DNA from: Corallochytrium limacisporum Hawaii
Lineage: Eukaryota; Protista; Pluriformea
DNA: 64,000 bases
Assembly (NCBI GenBank): GCA_002811645.1
Contig: PDIP01000028.1
Span: 192,828 to 256,827 of the forward strand
Reading direction: 5' to 3'
Part shown: positions 12,901-23,242 of the stretch, one piece after another
Position numbering within the stretch: the stretch's first letter is position 1
Layout of the letters: each line of letters opens with the position of its first letter
Position numbers and translations under genes: made by a program
Notes under the pieces: model-generated
What the model was told of the DNA's origin: nothing
The model's database searches: none
Seen by the model: only the letters and a program-made list of their open reading frames with translations

Positions 12901-14421
12901 TTTTTGCCTCGGTCCAACGACACCTATCCCACTCCCAGGGAGACGCGCTCCCAGCCCGAGATAGAAAAAGAAAAGCCAAAAAAAAAAAAAGTAAGTGACC
13001 CAAACGTTCTATAAGTTCACTACTACCAAATTTTCTTTCCAGCAAGGGCAAGGCCGCTGTTCGACTGACAACGTCCCATGGCAATGGAGGTCACTGATCA
13101 TCCTACTACTGGTCACACAGCGGATGGTCATCCAATCAACTTACTATTCAATAGCTAAGCAAGCATGCATGGTGTGTGAGGACAGCTTGGACTCATCACG
13201 CAGTTGCACGCCCCGGTGGTCATACACCCCTCGGGTTTGTTGTGGGTTGCTTTGCGGTCGGTATTGCCTGCGCACTCCTTTTACTATATACTTTCTTAGT
13301 CATTTCTACTACACTCGGTTATTTCTGAACCATCGCTGGGCATTTGATTGCCGAGCCCGGGCGTCATCCATGTATGACCGACCCACCATGGCCTGGCAGC
13401 ACTGGGCAGGCTTCTGCAATGTGACCACCACCACGGTCGGTCATTCAATCAAGCCACTCAGGTCACACCCACCGAAATCATTTTTCTTGATCAGCCAGAA
13501 CAGCAGTGTGTGTCTGTTGCCAGACAGTCTAAATCTAACGCACACACAGCAGCCACCACGGTTTTTTCTCGTTTTCTGGTCTTTGCCCTGCAGCAACCCC
13601 CTTCGTCCCGGCCGTCTTCGTTTAGCTTAAAACACCCACACACCCGCTACTTTCGTTCCTCAGACCCTCGGCCGGCCCCCGGTGTCCCACTGGCACGCAA
13701 GCGAGGAGCAAAAAGGTATGCAAGTCACCCCTCCTCCATCAGACAAGCACGACACGCAGTCACGGCGTACGGGCCTCTCATCACGACACGGGGGGTTAGG
13801 GGACGGACCGGACCGCCCAGTGAAATAGACAAACCACGGGGAAGGGGGGGGGGCCTGCAGCCAGCCAGCGAAGGTGAGGCCAATGACAAAGAAGGGGGGG
13901 GGTGTGAGGGAGGAGGAGGAGGAGACAGGAGCAGCAGCAATAGCTCGTTCGGTCCGCTACACACTGCTCTTCTCCGACGGCACCGCCCGGTGTAAAAAAA
14001 AACACATGGCATGCTACGCATGATATTAATTTATTATAATGAATGTACGGCAAATATTCGACGCGATTTAACGCCTATGAATGGAATGCTGAAATTTGAG
14101 CCTCCATGTGGGATTGGCAGTTGGACCGTGATAATAGATCTTACTGCTGCCCGACAAGTGCCCAGTGAACCCGGGAAATGCACACACACACACACACACC
14201 GCGCTCTCTCATCGTGCAAGGGGGGGACGAGAAATGACAAGAAAGTGGTAGTTGCACATTTCAGATTGTGTCATCCATTAACTATGGCCGTGGTGGCACG
14301 GTGAATGGCTCTCTTTCTCTTCTTTCACGTCCGGGTTTGCTTTTTTCTGCGTGGGCCCTGCGTACGACACACGCGGGTTGTGTACATACCGCTGCGTCCA
14401 ATTCTTCCCCTTCTCGGCAAA

Positions 14422-14483
14422 CCCCCCCCCCCCCCCCCCCCCCCGGGGGGGGGGGGAGGGGGGGGGGGGGGGGGGGGGGGGGG
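14422..14483. repeat. C23-G12-A-G26 homopolymer palindrome
   Basis: Read directly; the largest member of a recurring C-run/G-run motif. Confidence 0.9.
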
Positions 14484-15447
14484 TGTTTGGCTGGTTGGCT
14501 GGTTTGGTGTTGTTTTTTTGCTGTGTATATCAAATATATGGTTTGTTTGTGTGTTATTTAAAAATGAAAACAAAACAAGGGGGTTTATTTTTTGCCAGTG
14601 TTCACAATATATTGATAGAGGAACAGGGAAAAAAATTGGACAAAAATCTTGAGAAGGAAGAAAAAGCAATTGCATATATATAGTAGGTACGACCATAGTG
14701 AAGAAAAAGAAAAACACTTTACCGAGTTGTCCGAAGTTTTGTCCAATATGCTTCTCTCTGCACATCACGGGTTTTCACAACCTAATATTTCACGGTACCC
14801 AACACCGCCGGCATATCATGTCTTCTAGAGAGGGACGTGTGTATTACAAGGAGTTTATTTTTTTCTTCAGCAGGTCAGCTAACCAGGCCTGAATCGGGCT
14901 CGGGGGAAAGGCAGGTAGTACCACCACGGAGAAATCTGGATCTAAGTTACTCCGGGGGTCGTGTTATGCGCAGTGCATTCCAATAGCCAACTCGGCAGTA
15001 TTCTCCATAGGACCATGCCAGTGGGGTGGTGTGTCATTGTCATGTCGGGAGACATGCACACCCCCGTCTGTCAGAAGAATTTCCTTAAGGAACGTTCTCG
15101 TCCCCCTTTCGGGCCTGTGTAGAGTGACGATTATTTGGCCCCTGTGTGGCAATGGATTTTTTGGTTGGGTGGGTGTGTGTTATTTTCGGCTGACCGAGGA
15201 AAGAAAACAGACTCCGTTGGTTCGTGCCCACAGCCCCCCCCCCACAACCTTCGCCCCGGGAAGAGAGTGAGGGTTTTACTGCCTTTGCCTTCGGTGAAGG
15301 AGTCGGTCAAATGTCTCCTTGGTTGTCGGTCACACAATGTTCTACGGTGAATACGTTTAATATGCGTAAAAAAAAACAAATGAAGCAAATGAGAACCGAA
15401 CGAACAGGTGATTAGCGCACGGTCTCCACTTGGCCTCTCTGCTGACA

Positions 15448-15449
<2 letters not shown>

Positions 15450-15510
<61 letters not shown>
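15450..15510. repeat. (CT)n microsatellite
   Basis: About 30 CT units, read directly. Confidence 0.95.
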
Positions 15511-15512
<2 letters not shown>

Positions 15513-17924
15513 CGCCCGCCTCCTTTGGCCCGGCCGGGGTGGTGGTGGCTGGTATTTCCTTGCTTGCTGCCCTCTCCACCAAGTCGCGGGGCCCCTGCTC
15601 TCCGTCCCGCAGGAATGTCGTTTTGGCTCAAACGCATCCCCCATTATGAATCGCTATAGTGAATGTATATACTAAGTTCTGACCTCGTCTCGGTCATGGA
15701 CATTTTGACCTCATGATATTTTCTGAATTTTTTTCTTTTGGTCGGTGCGATACGACAGGAATGCTGGGGACCCCGATAATGAAACCCCGGGGGTGGTGGT
15801 GCACCTCGGTGTCGTCAGGGGATGGGCCGTGTCGCATATAGTGGTAATTGCAATAACACAGCTGGCAATATTTTCTTCTGGTGCATCACACCACCGCCTC
15901 AACCTCCGCCTTGTCTCCGAGTTTTCTGGGTCCCGTTGGATTTTTTTTTCTTCTCTTTTTTTTTTTTTTGGTTTTGATTTCCCTGGTGTCTGTCTGGTCT
16001 CTGGTGAACCCCCAAACCCCGGGGGACCCCACTTCCTTCGCTGTTCTTCCCCATTTAGCCACTACCAGTGCCGCCGCACCTTACCCCCCGGAGCCCTTCC
16101 CAGCCCACCCCTCGTTCTCCGGCAGCGCCCCCCCCCCTCCTCTCTCCGGGCGCTGTGGTAGGGGAGGGGGGGCCTCTCCTCCCGGGTAATCTCTTCGTTC
16201 TCTGTCCGGACTGTTGATTGATCCTTGACATCGATCCGACATTCCCTCACGAGCGCCAAAAATACAGCGATGAATGGAAGAAGGAAGAACTCCAGGGGGT
16301 AGAGGGAGGAAGACGACAACACAAAAGACACCTAATCGATGGCGGCCGTAGTAGCGCTTTCGCTGCACCTGGCTGCTGCTGCCATCGTTGCTCGCTTGGC
16401 TCGCTCATCTTTCGCTAATCTCTCGTTCGGCGCTTCTGTGTCCACCGCCTTCTCCCTTGCCCCCGCCCCTCTCTCTGTCGTCGTCTCTCGTTATCTCTGA
16501 CCGGTGGTGTGGGGGCCGCTTCGTTCTCTCTCTCCGTTGCCCTTCCTTCAATATTTGGATGCCTCTCCCTCTTTTGCCAGTGTGTATGTGTTAGGATCTT
16601 CTCTCCATGACATGGTTGTAAGGGTACACACGGATGGATGATGGTACGCAACGCAGACCCTCATTTTTGTGTGCTTCATTCTTGGAGCGGTATGGACACC
16701 GGGCATGGTGCCAACAGTACCACCCGGAGGTTTGCGCGTACCGAACATACTGGACAAATGTCCCGTACTGAAACATGTGTATACTTGGATATAGAGAGAG
16801 AGAGAACGAGAGCGCGAGGTGCGAAGCTCTCTCTCTGTTAACATTTGCCAAGAACGATAACGAAGAAAAGCGAGGGCTCTCTTAACTTGAGCCGGACCGG
16901 AGAAGTGTTGGGGGAGGGGGAGAGGAGAAAGGGGGGGAGGGTGGGGAGGGACACACACACTGTGCGGTATGGTACTTTGTCACCGTCCCTGGCTCCACCA
17001 CCCAACCCACCCACTCCCCAGGCTCGCTCGCTCTCTCCCTGTTTTGCTAACCCCGCTCACCCCGAACGGGGGCCGTCCCTCCCTCTTCCCCATCCATCCA
17101 TCCAATCCTCTTCGACCGCTCATGCCTCTTGCCCTCCCCCTGTCTCTCTCCCCCCCCTCCCTCTTTGCCCCCTGTGCTGACGAGTTGGCTCATTATCCTC
17201 CCATCCGTACTGTCTCCATTGTCAATTGCTTCTTTCCTTTGGTCATATTTTTTTTTGCCAGTTCGGCTCGTTTGGTGCCCTAGAATAGAAAAAATGAAGA
17301 AAATTTGAGCAAAACGGGCAGAGAGACACACGCAGGGAGAGGGTATGTGCGGATATCGAAGAAATCTTTTCGTCCGTGCAGTATGTTCACACCGTCGGTG
17401 ACAAGACAAGAACTATCTGCAGAGGGTACCAAAAATTTTCCTGGATGGCCCCTTGGCTCGTGTTGTGTTTTTTTTTGGCATGCGTTTCGGATTTTCTTTC
17501 TCCCTCTCTCCCTTTTTTGGGGGATTGCGTGAACCTTTTGCCTGTCGAGGGTCCTGCCGTGGTGCTTGCTCACAGTTAGTCTATCACTTCCCCTGCTCTC
17601 CTCTCTTCAGTTTTTTTCTCTGTTTTATTTAATTTTCTTCTCTGCTCTGCTCCTCTCTCTCTCCCTCTCTCTCTCTCCCCCCTTCCTCCTCCACACCCAC
17701 ACACACCCCCCCCACCGCACCTTTCGTGGCCGTACCTCCTCCCTTCGTCTCTCAAGCCCCCCTTCCATAACTGTTTCTCCCATTGATTTTATACGCTCAT
17801 TTCATTGCCTGAGAGGGAAAGGAAGGAAAGAACGCGGGGGGTGGGGTGGTGAGCGAGGGAAGGGGGGGGGAGGGGGAATGGGGGCAAAGGCGAAACAAAA
17901 AATGACACACAAAAAAGAATAATT

Positions 17925-17976
17925 AAGAGAGAGAGAGAGAGAGAGAGAGGAGGGGAAGAGGCGAAAGAGAGAGAGC

Positions 17977-18038
<62 letters not shown>

Positions 18039-18070
18039 GGGAAGAGGCGAAAGAGAGAGAGCAAAAGAGA
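17925..18070. repeat. (GA)n microsatellite with an embedded ~40-nt direct duplication
   Basis: GAGAGGAGGGGAAGAGGCGAAAGAGAGAGAGCAAAAGAGA occurs at about 17945 and 18031, separated by (GA)n. Confidence 0.9.
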
Positions 18071-18943
18071 AGAAAATAAAAGGAAGAGGGAAGAGGAGGA
18101 GGAGGGGGGGAGGCCCCTCTGGCTTTCGCGTCGTTTGCTGGACACAGCTTCTTGCTTGCTGCTCTTTGCTTGCACAGGGTTTTGCCCAAAAAGTGTTTTT
18201 TTTCTTGGGTCCTCCAAGGCCACGTCCTAGCTGTCATTCATGACCCGGTCCTTTGTCTTTCTCCGTCGGTTTTGACATTTGCGTTTCGTCGTTATTCTGG
18301 GAATTGATTGACTATTTTGTTCACCACAAGTCATCCGGCTTTTGGTTTTTTTTTTAGGATTCCATTGTCGGAATGTAATTGTATTGGAACCTATGGTTTC
18401 TGCTTTCACGAAGACATTTGTGTCACAGGTTCGTACTAGCAAAGAGAAGGTACATCAAACCTTGGGGTCCCAAAGGTCAGCTGATCCTTGGGCATGCATC
18501 AACGTTTACCATTAACAGGGTGAGAGCTAGAACAAACCAAGGGAACCAACAGCAGAACCAGACAAAGGACCACAAATCTTGGTTTAGCATTTGCAATCCT
18601 TTTTTGCTTTCATTTTTCTTAACACACCACTACCTTACGGAACCGACTATCAGGGGACAAGTTTTTGTTGCACGAGCAAGAGAATGCTGTAAACTTTTCT
18701 TTCGTGTTTTGAGTAGCCAGCATTTCATTTTCTTATTCCATATTTCGGTTTTACGCCAAACAGATTTTGTAAAGAATTCTGACATCTTGTTGAAACTTTG
18801 TACCGGGACTTAAGTCAAGGTTTGACAGCGCCTAACGCAGGAGTACATATCCGCCTAAAGAAGAGAGGAGACGGAGTGAAGTACAGAACTCTTCTCCCAC
18901 ATACACAACAACAACAGACAGAACAGAACAGACAGACAAAACA

Positions 18944-20548
18944 ATGACAGCGGAGTCTTTGCTGAAGTTTGTCTACCGCCTCAATGGTCAAGACACCCGC
19001 AAGAAGCGCGGACCGAAGCCCAAGCGCCAGCAAGGGGAAGGCACCAGCAGCAGTGCCGCCGCATCAAGTTCAGCAGCGGGTGGTGCAGGGGGTTCTGGTA
19101 GTAAACCTTCTCCCACCCGTGGCTCACAGCCCCAGGTTGATGCCCTCAACGATCTGCCCATGTTCAACGTTGACGTCCCTCCGGAGTACTCCTCCCGTAT
19201 GGGCCGCAGATCTTCTCTCCCCGTCCACGCCATGCCCCATGGAGCCCTGGGCATCCCTGGCCACGTAGGAAGTTCAAACCTGGCCGGTGGAAAGTCGTCG
19301 CCTTATCTGCGCACTCCCCACCACAAGATGAGGCGCAGCGGCAGCGGCGCCCTGAACGAAGACACCGACACCTCTTCCAACGAAGTCCTCGGAAAGATGC
19401 CCGAAGGCGGTATCAACCCTGCCTACCACGCCCGTCGCCGTAGTTCCTTGGTCGCGGGCATGCCCATGGGACTGCCACTTGCCACCGGTTCGGGCGGAGA
19501 CCTGTCCGAAGGAGCGGGCAGTGCCAGCAACATGACGGAATACGAAGCTATGCTCTCTCGCGCGCAGGAGGGCTTGACCGGCGCCAGCGGTGACCACCAC
19601 CACGAAGAGGCACGTGATACGCTCGGAAACATGGGACGAAGCAATGGAGCAGGACCAAGCCCCATGGACCACTTGCCGCCGGGCTTTATGGGAGGCCGTC
19701 GCCACTCTGTGGCTGGACCTTATGCGGAAGGGGTGATTATGGACGAAGAGTTCAAGATGATGGCAGCACAGCAGCACGAGTACCTCTCCCAGGTGCGCAA
19801 ACTGGACCACATGCAGCTCCAAGACGCCACCAGAACCTCGTCCAGCGGACACATTAGTCCGTCCCAGTCTGGAACTGCACTGGGTCAAGTCGTCGAAGAG
19901 GACCTCAACGGCGGCAACGTAAGCCAGGACCAGATCTCTGCAGCGCTCAAGATTCACCGCCAGCGCATGCTCTTGGAGGGCCAGCAACATCAGGCCGTGC
20001 TGGATGCACAGTTCAGTGCCCTGGAGGCTGAGCAGGGTCCTGGACCTGTAAAGAAGGGCAAACAGCGCTCGGCGGCAGGATCTGGAGCGGACCTCTCACG
20101 GCAGCACAGCGGTGTGGGCGCTCCTGGAAGCAATCCTTCCCTCCGTTCCGAGCAGAGCTACCACTCCGTCGCCAGTCCCAACGGCAGTGCGACCGAGCAG
20201 CAGCAGTTCCACCAGCCCTCAAACATGCAGCAGGCCCAGGCAGCGGCCGTCGCGGCTCAGCAGCAGCAGCAGCAGTTTATGCGGCAACAACAGGCCGCCC
20301 AAGCCGCGGCTCAGGCCGCAGCTGCCGGCGGAGCACCTCTAGGACAGCCTGCGATGGACGACAATGACGAGCTCATGCGTATGTTGAATGGAACCGCACC
20401 CGTCCCTGCCGGCAATGGCGCGCAAGGGGGCGACGTCCTAGATGACATTTTTGAGTTTCTCGGAGACAAGGAGTGCCGGAATTACGGGGACAATCCCCTG
20501 ACAAACGCACAGCACATGCAGAATCGGGGGCACATGGCAGAGCTATGA
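18944..20548 (+). CDS. Disordered Q/A/G-rich putative transcriptional regulator
   Basis: 534-aa ORF with coding-like codon usage and an A/C-rich context before the ATG. Basic RKKRGPKPKR motif, several RRxS motifs, poly-Q/A tract, acidic-hydrophobic C-terminal motifs. No recognisable folded domain. Confidence 0.8.
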   Translation: MTAESLLKFVYRLNGQDTRKKRGPKPKRQQGEGTSSSAAASSSAAGGAGGSGSKPSPTRGSQPQVDALNDLPMFNVDVPPEYSSRMGRRSSLPVHAMPHGALGIPGHVGSSNLAGGKSSPYLRTPHHKMRRSGSGALNEDTDTSSNEVLGKMPEGGINPAYHARRRSSLVAGMPMGLPLATGSGGDLSEGAGSASNMTEYEAMLSRAQEGLTGASGDHHHEEARDTLGNMGRSNGAGPSPMDHLPPGFMGGRRHSVAGPYAEGVIMDEEFKMMAAQQHEYLSQVRKLDHMQLQDATRTSSSGHISPSQSGTALGQVVEEDLNGGNVSQDQISAALKIHRQRMLLEGQQHQAVLDAQFSALEAEQGPGPVKKGKQRSAAGSGADLSRQHSGVGAPGSNPSLRSEQSYHSVASPNGSATEQQQFHQPSNMQQAQAAAVAAQQQQQQFMRQQQAAQAAAQAAAAGGAPLGQPAMDDNDELMRMLNGTAPVPAGNGAQGGDVLDDIFEFLGDKECRNYGDNPLTNAQHMQNRGHMAEL

Positions 20549-20890
20549 TCTGTTTTTAAAAACCTTTTATGAAATCGAAAAAGCCAATGAGCCACTTCAT
20601 CTTGTCCCTTTTGTCAACAAGAATATCAAGCTAACAAACCCACAACTCACAACAGAAAAAAGGACCCCCAAAAAAAGCCAAATCGTACAATACCATAACC
20701 TACTTGTTTTACATCTCTCACCTTTGCGGCCTTTTAATTATATCTGCTTTTTTCTTAAAATAGGGGTGTTGGTCACAAATAACCACACTGTCACTGGTGA
20801 TTACGTTGTGGTATTGGCAGTGCTGGTGACCGTGGAGAATTCACACGAGGCACGAAAGCACAAGAGACTAGGGTTACAAACTTTTTGAAT

Positions 20891-22003
20891 CTAACGTTTC
20901 AGATCCACCACCGTACGGCCCCTGATCTTACCACTCAGGATTTGTTCCGCGATCTTGGCCACCTCGCCAAGGCCGACCGTGGTGACTACTGTCAGCTTCT
21001 CAAGGTCCACGCCCGACAGTTCTTGACCCAACCGCGCCCAGGCCTCCAACCGCAATTCCCGCGGTGCCCACACACTCTCAACCCCGTGTAGCGTCACCCC
21101 GCGCAGAATGAAGGGCGCCACCGACGTGTCTAAGTCCATGCCCGCCGCTAGACCGCAGGCAGCCACACTCCCGCCGTACTTAAGCTCGGCAATCACATTG
21201 GCAAGAATGTGAGAGCCAGTGGTGTCCACCGCACCATGCCACCGGCTCTTGGCCAGCGGATGGCTCGGAGGTCGCGGTTTGTTGTAGTCTTCGCGCCTCA
21301 AAATGTCTCCGGTCAAGCCCAGACCACGTAGGTAGTCTCCCTCTAGCTCGCCACGACCGGTAATGGCGGAGACGGTGTAGCCAGCTCGGGCCAGCAGCAC
21401 CACCGCCACTGACCCGACCCCACCGCAAGCACCAGTCACGACGACGTCCTTGTAACCCTGGTCAGGCGTGCAGCCCGCGGCCTCCAATTTCATTTTGCAC
21501 AGCATGGCTGTATAGCCTGCGGTGCCCATGGCCATGGCCGTGTGTCCGTCCATGCCCGACGGAAGGGGAATGAGGTGCTCAGCTCTGCACCGCGCCTCGG
21601 TTTGCAGTCCACCGTGGTGGTTCTCGCCCGATCCCCAGCCAGTGAGCAGGACCCGATCACCCACCTTAACATCCGAGGAAGAAGTCTCTTTGACGGTGCC
21701 TGTAAAGTCAATGCCGGCGATCATTGGGTTGATACGCATGACGCTTTTCACCCCACGCAGGGCGAGCGCGTCCTTGTAATTCAGGTTCGTGTACTCGACC
21801 TCCACCACGGTGTCTGCGTTCGAAACATCTCCTGTTTCCGGTGGCGTATCGATAATTGTGTGCTTGACACCCTTGCCGGCTTCTTCCTGGCGGGTGAGCA
21901 GGGCTCGGTAATAGCGGGTACCGAATACACCCGATGCCGCAGCCGCGGTCCGTGTCGGGGCCAGCCCCCACAGGGGTGTTCTGGCGAGTACTGTTGAAGT
22001 CAT
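20891..22003 (-). CDS. acuI: Acryloyl-CoA reductase AcuI/YhdH-family medium-chain reductase with N-terminal extension
   Basis: YhdH-family motifs LNYKDALA, GIDFTGTV, GTAGYTAML, VTGACGGVGS, VAACGLAAG, PFILRGVTLHGVES, GKIRGRTVV. First ATG at 22003 is followed by an R/T/A-rich, acid-free leader. Confidence 0.85.
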   Translation of the reverse strand: MTSTVLARTPLWGLAPTRTAAAASGVFGTRYYRALLTRQEEAGKGVKHTIIDTPPETGDVSNADTVVEVEYTNLNYKDALALRGVKSVMRINPMIAGIDFTGTVKETSSSDVKVGDRVLLTGWGSGENHHGGLQTEARCRAEHLIPLPSGMDGHTAMAMGTAGYTAMLCKMKLEAAGCTPDQGYKDVVVTGACGGVGSVAVVLLARAGYTVSAITGRGELEGDYLRGLGLTGDILRREDYNKPRPPSHPLAKSRWHGAVDTTGSHILANVIAELKYGGSVAACGLAAGMDLDTSVAPFILRGVTLHGVESVWAPRELRLEAWARLGQELSGVDLEKLTVVTTVGLGEVAKIAEQILSGKIRGRTVVDLKR

Positions 22004-22346
22004 TCCTTTCGTTTTACTAGTCTCGTTCTTTTTTGCCAAACGCGTCCCGAATGTTTGTGTCTAAATGAAAGTGAGTGTCTGCCTCTCTCCCGCAACCGAG
22101 TGAAAAAATCAAAGTCACGTCATCAACTTCCCTGTTCCCTAGATCACTCACAGACCTTTGCTCACCGTTCACACAGTGTAGTGTTTCAGATTCACTGCCA
22201 TATACCATCTCTAGATCAGTGAGCACAAGTGAATGTAAAAACCATGGAATTAGAAACCCGTACTGGCCCTCCAAGTGGACAGGACGATGCGACCGGCGAT
22301 GGCGCAGGCCGCTTTGCGCTTCTCAAGCTCCGCGCTGTCTCTCTCG

Positions 22347-22349
<3 letters not shown>

Positions 22350-22388
<39 letters not shown>
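22350..22388. repeat. (TG)n microsatellite
   Basis: Read directly. Confidence 0.95.
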
Positions 22389-22389
<1 letters not shown>

Positions 22390-23242
22390 GCTTTTCCTGT
22401 GTTCTCCCCCACAACCCCCCCTTCGGCCGTAGCACAACAAAGCCGGGCGGCGGGTAAGGGGGAAGGACGAGGAATCTCTCCGCAGGCCGGGTACTGGCAC
22501 CCTCTCTCATCGACACCCTCTCCCGTGCACAGGGAAACCCGAACTGGCGTTTTCGGAAGACCACAAAGGAGCGAAGCGGAGGGTGGAGGAGGAAGAAGTA
22601 TAATCGGCTGGCTGGCTTATTCTTTTTTTTTGTTATAACGGAAAGAGAGTTCTCGGCACCCCCCCCTTGGTAAGGACTGGCATCCACGTAGTAAACCAAC
22701 GAGAGAAAAGAAAAGAAAAACTTATGGACTCGTCTTATCGCCCGAACCAACCCAACCAACCAACCCCTCCTTTCTTCCTTTCCGCTTTGTTTAGGGAAAC
22801 GGGGGAAGAATCGGACCCCCCCCCGGGGGTGGGGAGGGTTTGGGCGGTGTAGGCCCAAAGGAATGGCAAGCGATTCCTACCCCACCTTCCCCCTCCCTCG
22901 GGGTCCAGGCAGAGGAAGAGAGAAAAGGAAAAAGCTAGAACCCACAGACCGTCCCGACAAGCTCAGGCCCTTGGGGGGGAAAAGCAAACCTCAAATCCCC
23001 CCGCCCCCTTGGGGGAGGGGGGGGGAGCCACAGCGAGAGACGGGAAGGAGAGCGTGAGTGATGTCTGTTGTGACGGAGAAGCGCGAGTGCAGTGGCGAGG
23101 CTGGGCCAAGGACGCTGTAGACGGAGGTAGCAGCAAGCCTCACAGAAGACATGGAATAAGGACATGCAAATCCGGACACATACAGTTATACTATTGTGAA
23201 AGAAGTAGTTTTAATACAGGCATTGCATCAACTACCTGGCCT

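Noticed and set aside
11172-13630. ORFs of 211-279 aa inside the gene desert
   Set aside because: Composition is driven by homopolymers and microsatellites, with overlapping ORFs on both strands and no domain signal.
17925-18070. Direct duplication as a mobile element target-site duplication
   Set aside because: It is embedded in (GA)n with no element between the copies; slippage or an assembly artefact is simpler.
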